Source of the DNA: Marsupella aquatica
Lineage: Eukaryota; Plantae; Marchantiophyta
Direction: 5' to 3'
Assembly: GCA_973895155.1 (NCBI GenBank)
Contig: OZ316897.1
Span: 7,554,470 to 7,618,469, forward strand
DNA length: 64,000 nt
Shown: positions 27,598-38,099 of the stretch, in pieces
How positions within the stretch are numbered: the first letter of the stretch is position 1
Layout: every line of letters starts with the position of its first letter
Notes under the pieces: generated by a model
The model's input: the letters and a program-made list of their open reading frames with translations, nothing else
Told to the model about the DNA's origin: nothing
Databases searched by the model: none
Program-made: the position numbers and the translations under genes

Positions 27598-28122
27598 CAC
27601 CGGGTTAAATCAACACCGCATTAAGGCTCCCCAGTCTTCTTGGGGCCCCGTACCTCCCTGTCACTAATCCCAAAGCTACTGCCCGCAAGTTGCGCGTCCG
27701 TCAATCACTGTTTTGGCGCACTTGAAATGTATTAGCCACAATCATCAACGGACAGAAAATTTCCATCCATTTCAAATTTCATGGTCTTTAGGGCGTGGGA
27801 CATGCCTAGCCTCCAACGCCGCCCACTCCAGTGCCCATTTGCAAGTTCTTCCTACTTTCATTTGATTTCTGGTCATCGTAGCGATCTTGCACTGTGGAGA
27901 GAGCGTTTTGCCTTGCACTTCTCTGTCTCCAAAGTCTTTGTCAGGTTGTGGTGAGGAGGACAGCAGTCGATGGACCCACATTCTTCACGGTTCTACATGT
28001 GAACACATCGTCAATGTTGGGGACCTTTTTACTTTTTCTTGAGTGCCTACTGTGGTTCGGCGATCATGCGGCTGGGAAGTGACAATTGGTGCAACCTTGC
28101 CCCTTGCAACGACGACGATGGT
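27598..28122 (+). repeat. MULE left TIR (~525 bp)
   Basis: CACCGGGTTAAATCAACACCGCATTAAGGCTCCCC... is the reverse complement of the 41817-42347 region. Confidence 0.93.
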
Positions 28123-29769
28123 GTGTTTCTTATGCAATGCTGACTTGCATTTTGTGGCATGGGGCATAAGGTCCCCTGTTTGAGCTTGCAACTTGCACCA
28201 TGCAATCGTCGTTCTTCATAAAACGTAAACTATATACTCTCTATTTGTGTTACTGTTCTGGATTTGTGACAATAACTTCCCCAATTTGCCATAGACTTTA
28301 GTTCTTTTGGGTTTCAACAATTGTGCGGCTGGGAAGCGAAGATTGGCACAACACTGCCCCTTGCAACGACGACGACGGTGTGTTTCTTTGAGGCAACCAT
28401 CCCCATGCTCCTCTCAATTAGATTTTGTGGTGGAAGCGGGGCCGGAAGGTCCCTCGCTGAGCTTGCAACTTGCGTCATGTTATCATCATTTTTCATAAAG
28501 CTAAACTCCAAACTCTTTGTTTGTGTTACCGTTATGGATTTATGACAGTAAGTTGCTCATTTTGTAGTGAGTGTGATCTCGACGATTTTATAGTGTTGTG
28601 ACCATGCCTCGGTCATTTTGAAGTCAGGCTAGGAATAACAAGTTGCGTGTCCCACCACCTGAAGTATGGGCACAGTTTCTTGAGGCACAAGAGAATGTGC
28701 ATTGGGTCCGGCAAAAAAACCCTTCCTTTCTCAGAACTTCAGGATCTGGTTATGTTTGCAAGGTGATGACTGATGATAGTTGTACACATTTCATCCAAAG
28801 GACCTCCTTTGTGGATCACATGCGATCCTTACATCGCATGAACCCAAGAGAATGTAAGAAAGGTCATCCAAAGACCTCAGCCCGACAAAGGTGTGTAACT
28901 TTATTTGCATTATATGTGACTGTCCTGCCATGACAACATTTATGTGATGTTTTGTGTCATATTCACTATTATGGCATGCAAATGTTCAAGAATCCACCAA
29001 GTACATCAGCGATTGAACATAATAGAGAATCAACACTTGGGTCATTTCGTGGACGGGTGTGGAAGCAAAAGAGGCAGAAGTTGACATGGTGGTTACGCTG
29101 GGCACATAATTTGAAGATCAACCATGAGGGGGATGAAACCAAATGGATAGTTCAGAAGGCAACAGAAAGGTACCAACACTGGAGGCGATCGACTACCTTC
29201 ACGAGCACATTGTCCAGTGTTAGGGACAACACAGTGGCATTTTGGAATAAGCATAGTCCTGACATTGATCCTGAGGAGACGCATGCTAAGGTTTGTCGCT
29301 TACCAGATTGCTCTGCCTCATACATAAATAATTTTTTGTTGGTGTCTCTGTTCTACCATAACTTTCTTGTGATCTGAATTTTCAAATGATTGCATGTGTA
29401 AACATAGGCGAGTTTGCCGGAATGTGAACTCAAAGATTGGAGCAACGATGATGGAATGCCTGAATGCAACTTGCAGCAAACCAATTTTCAGATTGAGAAG
29501 TATGTATTCCACTCACGAAAGGTAATAGAAAAGCCCATACAGAAGCCAAAAAAGAAACAGAACCAGAAGGCTAAGAGGAAGCCATCTCATGAAACAGAAA
29601 ACCCCCCAACAAAGCCTACATCCAGGAGCAAGAAAAAAGCAATGCATGCAAAGGAGTAGCATGCACAAGTTCGACCTGACCGAGAAGAAAGAGCAAAAAG
29701 AAAGGAAGCTTGTAACAATGACAAACCCACCCAAAGGAAGAAACAAAAGAAGATGGTTGTTACTGAGGT

Positions 29770-30058
29770 ACTGTTTCACAAGCTTTCTCTTTTGACGATT
29801 TGTACTTGTTTGTTTTTATTGTTCTTTTGGTTTGCAAGCTTTCTCTTTTGAAAATTCATACTTGTTGTTTTTATTTTTGCTGTTCTGGTTTGCAAGCTTT
29901 CTCTTTCGACTATTCATACTTGTTTGTTTCTATTGTTGTTCTGGTTCGCAAGCTTTCTCTTCCAACAATTCATACTTGTTTGTTTCTATTGTTGTTCTGG
30001 TTCGCAAGCTTTCTCTTCCGACAATTCATACTTGTTTGTTTTTATTGTTGTTCTGGTC
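29770..30058 (+). repeat. Intronic tandem array, ~56-bp unit x~5, carrying the TGTTCTGG motif
   Basis: Unit TGTTCTGGTTCGCAAGCTTTCTCTTCC(A/G)ACAATTCATACTTGTTTGTTTCTATTGT at ~29881, 29937, 29993 and 30049. Confidence 0.9.
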
Positions 30059-30117
30059 GGTAGGAAGTGGCGGACAAGGAAGTCTTGGAAGCTACGGAAG
30101 AAGACCCGACACTATCA

Positions 30118-30461
30118 TGTTAGGATTTACTCTTAGGTCTAGAGTTGCGATTGTACCGTTGTTAAGGCTAACCTTACTCGCAGACTTGGTTAGGTTAGTC
30201 ATGTTGTGCACACTCTATAACTAAGCGGTGTTTGCTTGGAGAGGGGAACTCAGGCTCATTGTTACGGAGCTAGTTGAGAGATAGAGAGAGCTTGCACTGT
30301 GGATGCTTGGTATGGCCAGTCGACCTAGAGTGTTGTAAAGCTCTTGTGTGTTCCCATGGACATAGCCTCATGTAGAGGTGAACCACGTATCTCTCTGTGT
30401 TGACTATTGTGCGTTGGATGGTTCATGGGCTTGCCATTACGAATGTCATCTATGCTCAACA
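30118..30461 (+). repeat. Copia 5' LTR
   Basis: TGTTAGG...CTCAACA; about 17 mismatches in 344 bp versus the 3' LTR by manual count, mostly transitions. Confidence 0.97.
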
Positions 30462-30463
30462 AT

Positions 30464-30475
30464 TGGTATCAGAGC
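30464..30475 (+). promoter_or_regulatory. Primer-binding site complementary to initiator tRNA-Met
   Basis: TGGTATCAGAGC, 2 nt after the 5' LTR. Confidence 0.95.
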
Positions 30476-32017
30476 ATGCCTGGGAGGTAACAAGGTTTTT
30501 TCATGACAGTTTTTCCAGCGTTCATTGTCGATGTTGCATTTGGAGTTTTGTTGCATGAAACTCGAATGTGTGGGGCTGAGCAGATAGATTAGTGAGAGGG
30601 CTTTCTATTGGTGTATAGAACTCACTAGTTGGTATCCGTTGTGTGGAGGAATCGGAGTTTGCATCGCTCAGGATTTATTCGTGTTCGATGGTTTTTCGGG
30701 GGAGAGACCAGAGTTTGTGTTTTCAACGGTGTGAGCTGTGCGGTGTGGGAGACATCGCATGTTGTAGCTCAAGTTGACGATTGAATCAAGCTGATTGTTT
30801 TGGTAGCTGAGTTGCTATCGAGTGGTTATTGAGTGCATCATGACAAGTGAAGGAGGCGTTCAGATTTTTTCACAGGCTATGGAGCTTGTTCCCATCTGAA
30901 CCAGGTTTCTCATTGTGACGTCTGACTCGGAGGAAGAAATGCAAAGTGCTACGGCTCAACAATTTGATCGTGGTAAGGCGGTCGTTTTGAGTCCGGGATT
31001 GGCACTTGACGTGGTGAGAGTGAGTTGCAACGGAAAGTTTGCCCTCTACTGTGTGCCCACTATGTGTGCAGAAGGCACCGGTTCAATTCGGCAACTTTTC
31101 ATGTCGGGGCACATCACTTTCTCAAGCTAAACAACGATTTGGCTTGTAACACGCCCAATTTTTTTTAGGGCAAAATTTTCTTTTAGTGGGGTCTTTTTTG
31201 TGTGTATACACACATAAGGTGTGTAGATACACACCTCGACCCCGACACCTCCCCTTTACGGCCATCCTCCTCCTACCCCCTGGTATTCCCACCCGCATAT
31301 GCGGTACGCAGCGCCCGCCCCCTCCTCCCGACTCCTGCCGGCAGCTGCAACTTGTGGGCTATAGCCCGCCGCCCGACCCTTGCCCTCTAGTTGCCGGTGC
31401 CAGTCGCCGGCTTGTGGCTCCTGGCTGCGTATGCAGCCCGCCCCAATGCCCGTCTTGTTGCCCTCCCTCGCGACCCCAGCCTTATACAAGGTAATTTTTT
31501 CTGAAGGGGCTTAAACACCCCCTTTTAAGGCCAATTTTTGTCTTTTCTTCCCGGCTCCTTTCATTGGCTATCCCGGGCCTGGTGACCCTCCGTTTTAACC
31601 GATTGGACAGGGGGAATCGCCCCCTGTGAGACTATTGTATTGTACAGAGAATATTCCAAAAATATAGAGAGCATGTTTTCGGCCGTCCGACAAAGATTTT
31701 GCGTGCCAAATGGTAATTTTTTGGGTTCATTTTTGGCGAGGTTGTAGCCATTGAAGTTAGCAACGCGGCGCACCAATCGAATTGCAATTCCAACGACGGG
31801 TTGTACTTGGCATTTTGGTTATTCCCTAAGGTGGTCAAAACAGGGGAGTTCCCAAGGTTTTACCCATCCCGATCAAAATTTGAATAACTTTTCCGAATTT
31901 TGATTTTGATTTTGGTTTTCAGTGTTGGACTCCTATCTTTTTGGGCTACGCGGCGGTGTTTAGTTTTGAGTTTTTTGAGAAGTTGTGAAAAACGACATTT
32001 TTTTGTGATTTTCTCAT

Positions 32018-35000
32018 ATGAGTGATTCGGAGGAGATTTTTGAAGATGTGGAACTTGAAGCACGAGGATCACTGTGGCGGTTTGAGGTGGAGAGAGAGGA
32101 GCAGGAGGAAGAGCACATGACACCGGTACCATCACCGGTGCGGCATGTGGTGAAGGAAGCAGTTCTACTATCGGAGCTCACGGTAGTGCCAAAGAAGAAG
32201 ATGGGGACGTTCAAGCTTGGGGGACCCAAGTATGAAGTGACAATGTATGATGGGTGCTCTGACTAATTGCTCTGGGAGAAACAGGTGAAGGGAGTGCTCT
32301 ATGCTTCAGGGATGGGCCAACTGCTAAGCCCTCATGAAGACAATGTTGATGAGAAACAATAGGACCGGATGTAGGAGCAGGGAGTGTGGTGTATTACACT
32401 CTATCTCATGCCTCCCATCATCAAGAAGTTGGGTGCACATAAGGATTGCATGTCCTTGTTTGTAGAATTGCAGACCAAGTATCACCGCAAGGAGTTGTCG
32501 AATCGGCTATACACGTCCTACAAATTGATGAGTTACTTTGAAGATGAAGGAATCCGGTATGAAGTTGCAATCTTGACCATGTGGATATTTTCAACGACAT
32601 GGTCGTTGACTTGGAAAACCTTGGGGAGAATTTGAATGATGAGACGAAGGCTCTACAGCTTCTCAATTCATTGCCTTCATCTTACCAGTCCCTATCACCG
32701 GTGTTGTTGCATCGTGATAGGGATACCATTTCATACAATGATGTGGTAAGTTCTTTGCTTAGTGATGATCTTCAACAAAAGATGCACATCACGTCACAAC
32801 TTTCATCATCTGGTGTTGCCCTCAATGTTAACCGTGGAAGGAGTATGCATCGACCAACTGGAGACCGTAGAACCCAGTTTAGATCTAAATCCAGATCCAA
32901 GTCCAAGTCCAGGGGCAAATCCCCTCAGAGGAGGTAGGTGACATGTTGGAAGTGCAACCAGGTTGGATACTTCAAACGAGACTATAAGGGAAAGGCAGCT
33001 GAATTTTCATCGGCAAATGTGGCTAGGGTTGATGAAGATGTTGATTTACTCAATGATGAGTATATATTATGAAGCCAGGGGTATGCCCTGTGCACGTCAT
33101 CTAGGAGAGCAGATGATGTGTGGATGCTTGATTGTGCTTGCTCTTTTCATATTTGTTACATTCGTGAGTTTTTTAGTTCTTACTCTATTTCAAACGGTTC
33201 AATTTTGATGGGAAATGATCGATCACTCTTGTCAAATTGAGGGTATTGGGTCTGTGAAGATTCAAATATTTGATGGCACTGTGCGCACAGTGTCCGGAGT
33301 TAGGTATGTACCTAGCATGCGTAAAAATCTGATTTCACTTGGTGTGTTGGATTCAAATGATCATCAATGGAGCGTTATTGATGGTGAACTTCAAGTCAGG
33401 TCGGGAGAGACAGTGATTTTGAAGGGGAGCAGACAAAATAATTTGTATGTGTTGCAGGGCAATACTGTATGTGGAGAGGCCAATGTAACCAAGTCTCACA
33501 AGGAGATGATCGACTCAACTGTGACATTCACGGCTAGGCCACATGAGTGAGAAGGGTTTGGCTATCTTACAGAAGAATGAACTCTTTTCTGATTTGCAAT
33601 CTTGTAAATTAGAGTTTAGTGAGCACTACATTCTTGGAAAGCAGCAACGTTGTGCTTTCGGTGTTGGAACTCATTGTTCCAAAGTGATTCTTGAGTACAT
33701 ACATAGTGACGTGTGGGGTCCATCCCCGACTCCCTCACACTCTGGAAAGTTGTACAATGTATCATTTATTGACAATTACTCAAGATTTGTGTGGATTTAT
33801 TTCATGACGCATAAGTTTGATGTCTTGTCCATTTTTAAGAAGTGGAAGGCCCAGGTGGAGAATCAGACTGGAAACACGGTCAAGTGTTTGGATACAAGGG
33901 TGAAGAATCTAAGGTCCGACAACGGCGGGGAGTACACTTTCGTGGAATCTGAAGAGTATTGTTCAGAACAAGGGATAACTTGTCATCTCACCACAGTTTA
34001 TATTCCGCAGCAAAATGGTGTCCTTGAGAGGCTCAATCGGACACTATTGGAGCGGTCACGGAGTATGTTGAGTCAATCAGGTTTACCACAGGAATTTTGG
34101 GCAGAAGCTGTCAATACCGCAACTTATTTGGTAAATCTTTCTCCTTCTAGTGCTCGTAATTTCAAAACGTCATTTGAGATGCGATATAAGCGGCAAGCAG
34201 ACTGTCATGGCTTGGTAGTTTTTGGAAGTGATGCATATGCTCTCACACCGAAGCAGAATAGGATCAAATTGGATTCTACCTCCAAGAAATATGTTTTTCT
34301 TGGGTACCAGAGTGGTGTGAAGGCCTATAGGCTATGGGATCCTATTGCCTGTAAGCTCGTTGTCAGGATATTTTCTTCAATGAATCCAGATTATTGAAGG
34401 AGGGGGAGAATACTCAGGTCTCCCGTACTAACCAAGGAAAATCTCCTATCCCGGATCTAGTTGATGGGGAGATTGGTCATGAGATGCATGACTGGAGAGG
34501 AGTTGCTCCAATTATGGAGTTGGTTCCTGTGCCAGAGGAACCAGAGGAGTTTGTTGATGCTGGTGAGCAGCAAGTGGATGTTGTTGAGCTTTAGATTGTA
34601 CCAGCACACACAGATCAACCGGAGTCATTGGCTAGAAGAACATCTGGTCGTATTGTACGCGCTCCACCAAGGTATGGACAGTGGGTTGATTCATCTCAGT
34701 TGCAAGAGGAGGATTTTATTACTGATGATGAGGGTGATGCATTGATTTTGGAAGAAGGGGAACCTTCTTCATTTCATGAGGCAAGTGCTTCTAAGGAGAA
34801 GCAGGAGTGGACTGTAGCAATGCAAATGAAGATGCAGTCACTGAAGGATAACAAAACTTGGGAGCTTGTCAAGCTGCTTGAGGGACTTGCTTATGTCAAG
34901 CTCTGCTTAGTGCAGAGTTTAAGATGAAGGACTTAGGGCCAGCTAAGAGGATTTTGGATATGGAGATCACTAGGGACTTGGAGGCTGGCAAGCTATGGTT

Positions 35001-35834
35001 GACGTAGAGCAGTTATGCGAGGAAGGTAATTGCAAGGTTCAACATGGGGGATAGTAAGCCAGTGAGTACCCCGTTGGCTTCACACTTTAAGTTGTCATCA
35101 GCTTTCTATCCTACGGATGAGACAGAGAAGGGGCTGATTCAAAGGTTCCTTATGACAAGGCAGTGGGGAGTCTCATGTATTTGATGACTTGCACTAGACC
35201 TGATCTTTCCATGGCTATGGGCAAGGTGAGCAGGTACATGTCAAATCCAGGGAAGGTACACTGGGAAGCAGTGAAGTGGATTATTCGGTACTTGAAGGGT
35301 ACCGTGGATCATGGTCTATTGTTTGATGCACATGCTGATAATACTAGATCATTGATGGGCTATGTAGATGTTGACTATGCATAGGATTTGGATCAGAGGA
35401 GGTCAACAGCAGGTTATGTGTTCACACTGGGAGGTGGATGCATTAGTTGGAGGTCTACTTTGCAAAAGTGTATTGCTCAGTCTACTACAGAAGCGGAGTA
35501 TGTTGTAGCAACGGAAGCAGCAAAGGAAGCGATTTGGCTAGATAGACTGATCATTGAGATGGGATTGCCACAGGGGAATGTGAAGCTCCATTGTGATAGT
35601 CAGAGTGCACTCCACCTTGGTGTGAACCAGGTGATGGACAGTAGAGTGAAGCACATCGACGTCAGGTACCATTTTATCAGGCAGGTTGCGTCTGATAATA
35701 TGTTTGAGCTAGTCAAGATTGACGGTAAACTCAACCCGGATGACGCTTTTACCAAAGTGATTCCTTTGGAGAGTTTTTCTAGACACCATGATGCGTTGCA
35801 GGTTTGCAATTGCCTCACAAGTAGGGTTACTTAA
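32018..35834 (+). pseudogene. Copia gag-pol, with frameshifts, stops and a deleted RT core
   Basis: LLNSLPSSY (gag), decayed CWKC knuckle (~32944), WMLDCACSFH (protease), RLGHMSEKGL, HSDVWGP / LRSDNGGEY / PQQNGVLER (integrase), TWELVKL then KMKDLG with the YVDD region missing, and RRSTAGY / KHIDVRYHFIR (RNase H). Confidence 0.95.
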
Positions 35835-35988
35835 CAAACTGAGATATGCTCTTGCTCATTCCTTGTATAGGCTACGACTTAATTATGGTCTACTCTCGTA
35901 TGAAGAGGGAAAAACTGGTTTGGTTTTTCTTTCCAGAACTTCCTGCTGAGCAATCATATTGGTAGTAGTCTTTACCCTCCCCTAGACT

Positions 35989-36005
35989 AGAGTCAAGGGG
36001 GAGAT
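35989..36005 (+). promoter_or_regulatory. Polypurine tract
   Basis: AGAGTCAAGGGGGAGAT immediately 5' of the 3' LTR. Confidence 0.9.
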
Positions 36006-36349
36006 TGTTAGGATTTACTCTTAGGTCTAGAGTTGCGACTGTACCGTTGTTAAGGCTAACCTTATTTGCAGACTTGGTTAGGTTAGTCATGCTATGCACA
36101 CTCTATAACCAAGCGGTGTTTGCTTGGAGATGGGAACTCAGGCTCATTGTTACGGAGCTAGTTGAGAGATAGAGAGAGCTTGCACTGTGGATGCTTGGTA
36201 TGGCCGGTCGACCTAGAGTGCAGTAAAGCTCTTGTGTGTTCCCATGGACGTAGCCTCAAGTAGAGGTGAACTACGTATCTCTCTGTGTCGACTATTGTGC
36301 GTTGGATGGTTCATGGGCTTGCCGTTGCGAATGTCGTCTATGCTCAACA
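36006..36349 (+). repeat. Copia 3' LTR
   Basis: Direct repeat of 30118-30461. Confidence 0.97.
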
Positions 36350-37454
36350 TATCAGCCATGGAACAGAGCCTTCACATGAAGATAGTCATGAAGGAGAGAA
36401 ACACTCAGGTACTGGTGATGAAGAAGAACAAGAAGTCCCGCACAATGAATATGCCAAAAATCAAGCCAACAATGAAGAATCCACCTTTGAACATGAAGGC
36501 AATGAAGCAAGAGACCACGGCACTAAATCAGGCTCCAAACAAGCCACTAAACCAACAGGCTACATTGAAAATGAAACTAGATTCCTAGATGATCAAGAAT
36601 CCTACAATAATGAAGGTGGAGGGACAAAAGAGCAAGAACCAAACGGAGGCAGTAAAACCTCTAGAGTACACAGTAGTACAGAGCATTAAGAGGATATTGA
36701 AAACACAAAAGCCACAAATGTGACGTCTACTACTAAGGTCCCCGCTTTGCCCAATTCTGTAGTTGGTCTTGATGGCAGGTCATCCCCTTCATCGAAAGCT
36801 ACAATATATCAGCCAAAAATGACAAGCAAGTCTGGCTACCACTACACGCAAAGAGGCGAAGTCCTACACACAACTCCAAGTTTTCCTATGGGTTTACCAC
36901 ACAAGGTAACAGTGCCTTGCCAACCATTCTCTCCCTCTGAATATAGGTATGATGTAGACAAGAGGACTTTGCTAATTACACTTTTTGTTATGCTCTGCAG
37001 GAAGATAGTGGTACCTTTTCCAGCAATTGACAATGCTCATCCATGGCCGCCATCTCTATATTGCTAGGTTGGACCAGATGGCATCCCCATTGCCCCTCGC
37101 CATTGGGACTTGTTAACAACCACCAGAATCCAGCTTAGACCCTTCAGCTTCATTCAAACAAGAATGTCACAGTTGAAACCATTGGACCCATGATTGACTG
37201 CCAAAAATTCCCACCCCTAGAATTGGATTCTTTGCTTGTTCAGGCAGGGAAGTATAGAGCCCACTAGACATAGACATCAATGGAAATGTCATGGTTGAAC
37301 CATGTCCAATGTAACTATTCCTACCTCTTGGCAACTATCTATATAATAGCAAATGAAGTTATTTACACATCAAAAGAAACCAAATAGTGTGAAAGCACTC
37401 TGCTCTTTGTACATTCACTCTCCGGCTTGCAATGAATTGTCGTGATACATCGCC

Positions 37455-37955
37455 AAATTTGTGTCACTGTTCTAGCAATTGTTCTTTGGCACCGCTACAT
37501 TTTATACATTTGTGTGACTATTCTGGTAGCCATGCGTTTGCCCAATACAAGAGTTGTCGTACATGTTCATGTGATTGTTCTGGCAGCCCTGCGATTTCCC
37601 AGATATAAGGGTTGTCATCTTAATTTGTGTGATTGTTCTAGCAGCCCCGTGTTTGCCTAGCTACAAGGGTTTTTGTGTTCATGTGACTGTTCTGGTAGCC
37701 CTGCAATTGCCTAGATATAAGGGCTGCCATCTTCATGTGATTGTTCTGGCAGCCCCGTGTTTGCGCAAGTATAAGGGTACTGTTGCACTCGTTTTAGTGT
37801 TCTGGCAGCCCTGCGTTTGTGACCTATGATTGTTTCTCATGTTTGTGTGATTGTTCTGGCATATGAAAATTCTTTGCAGACTTTGACGGTCATTGTCCTC
37901 CTGACATTCAACTAATGAGAAATACACTTGCATTTATGTGACTATTCTAGTGTCC
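37455..37955 (+). repeat. Degenerate tandem array (~54-58 bp unit) with TGTGA(C/T)TGTTCT(G/A)GCAGCCC core, between the convergent MULE genes
   Basis: Core recurs at ~37467, 37518, 37575, 37633, 37687, 37741, 37797, 37851 and 37942. Confidence 0.85.
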
Positions 37956-38099
37956 ACTTATTTGCACACACAGGATGTGAAGTATGCTAAGATGAGTTAG
38001 TCAATAGCTAGGTAACTTATGGTTACTTTTAAAAGGGTCTTAATAAAAAGTGTTGTGTGTAGTCACTGAGCACCAAATTTCATTATCATGAAGCCTCCT

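Larger units (their letters stand above)
30118..36349 (+). mobile_element. Full-length Ty1/Copia LTR retrotransposon (Tnt1/Tork-like), defective
   Basis: 344-bp TG...CA LTRs (30118-30461 and 36006-36349), 5-bp TSD TATCA (30113-30117 / 36350-36354), PBS and PPT, domain order gag-PR-IN-RT-RH. Confidence 0.97.
28604..37300 (+). pseudogene. MULE accessory gene convergent with the transposase (N-terminal C2H2-like finger, basic and acidic tracts), split by the Copia
   Basis: ATG 28604; YVCKVMTDDSCTHFIQRTSFVDHMRSLH; further exons ~28980-29290 and ~29410-29770 (KPKKKQNQKAKRK). Removing the Copia and one TSD copy restores the frame GSGGQGSLGSYGRRPDTI-SHGTEPSHEDSHEGE (30063-30117 joined to 36355-36689). 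Exon limits are approximate. Confidence 0.6.

Noticed and set aside
29770-30058. CRISPR-like array (also 37455-37955 and 11340-11881)
   Set aside because: Whole units repeat with no unique spacers, there are no cas genes, and the context is a eukaryotic TE.
29800-30224. Hydrophobic 'membrane protein' ORFs (similarly 17617-17865, 25363-25658, 53620-53808)
   Set aside because: They are translations of T-rich tandem repeats, LINE 3' UTRs, or the antisense of purine-rich ORFs.
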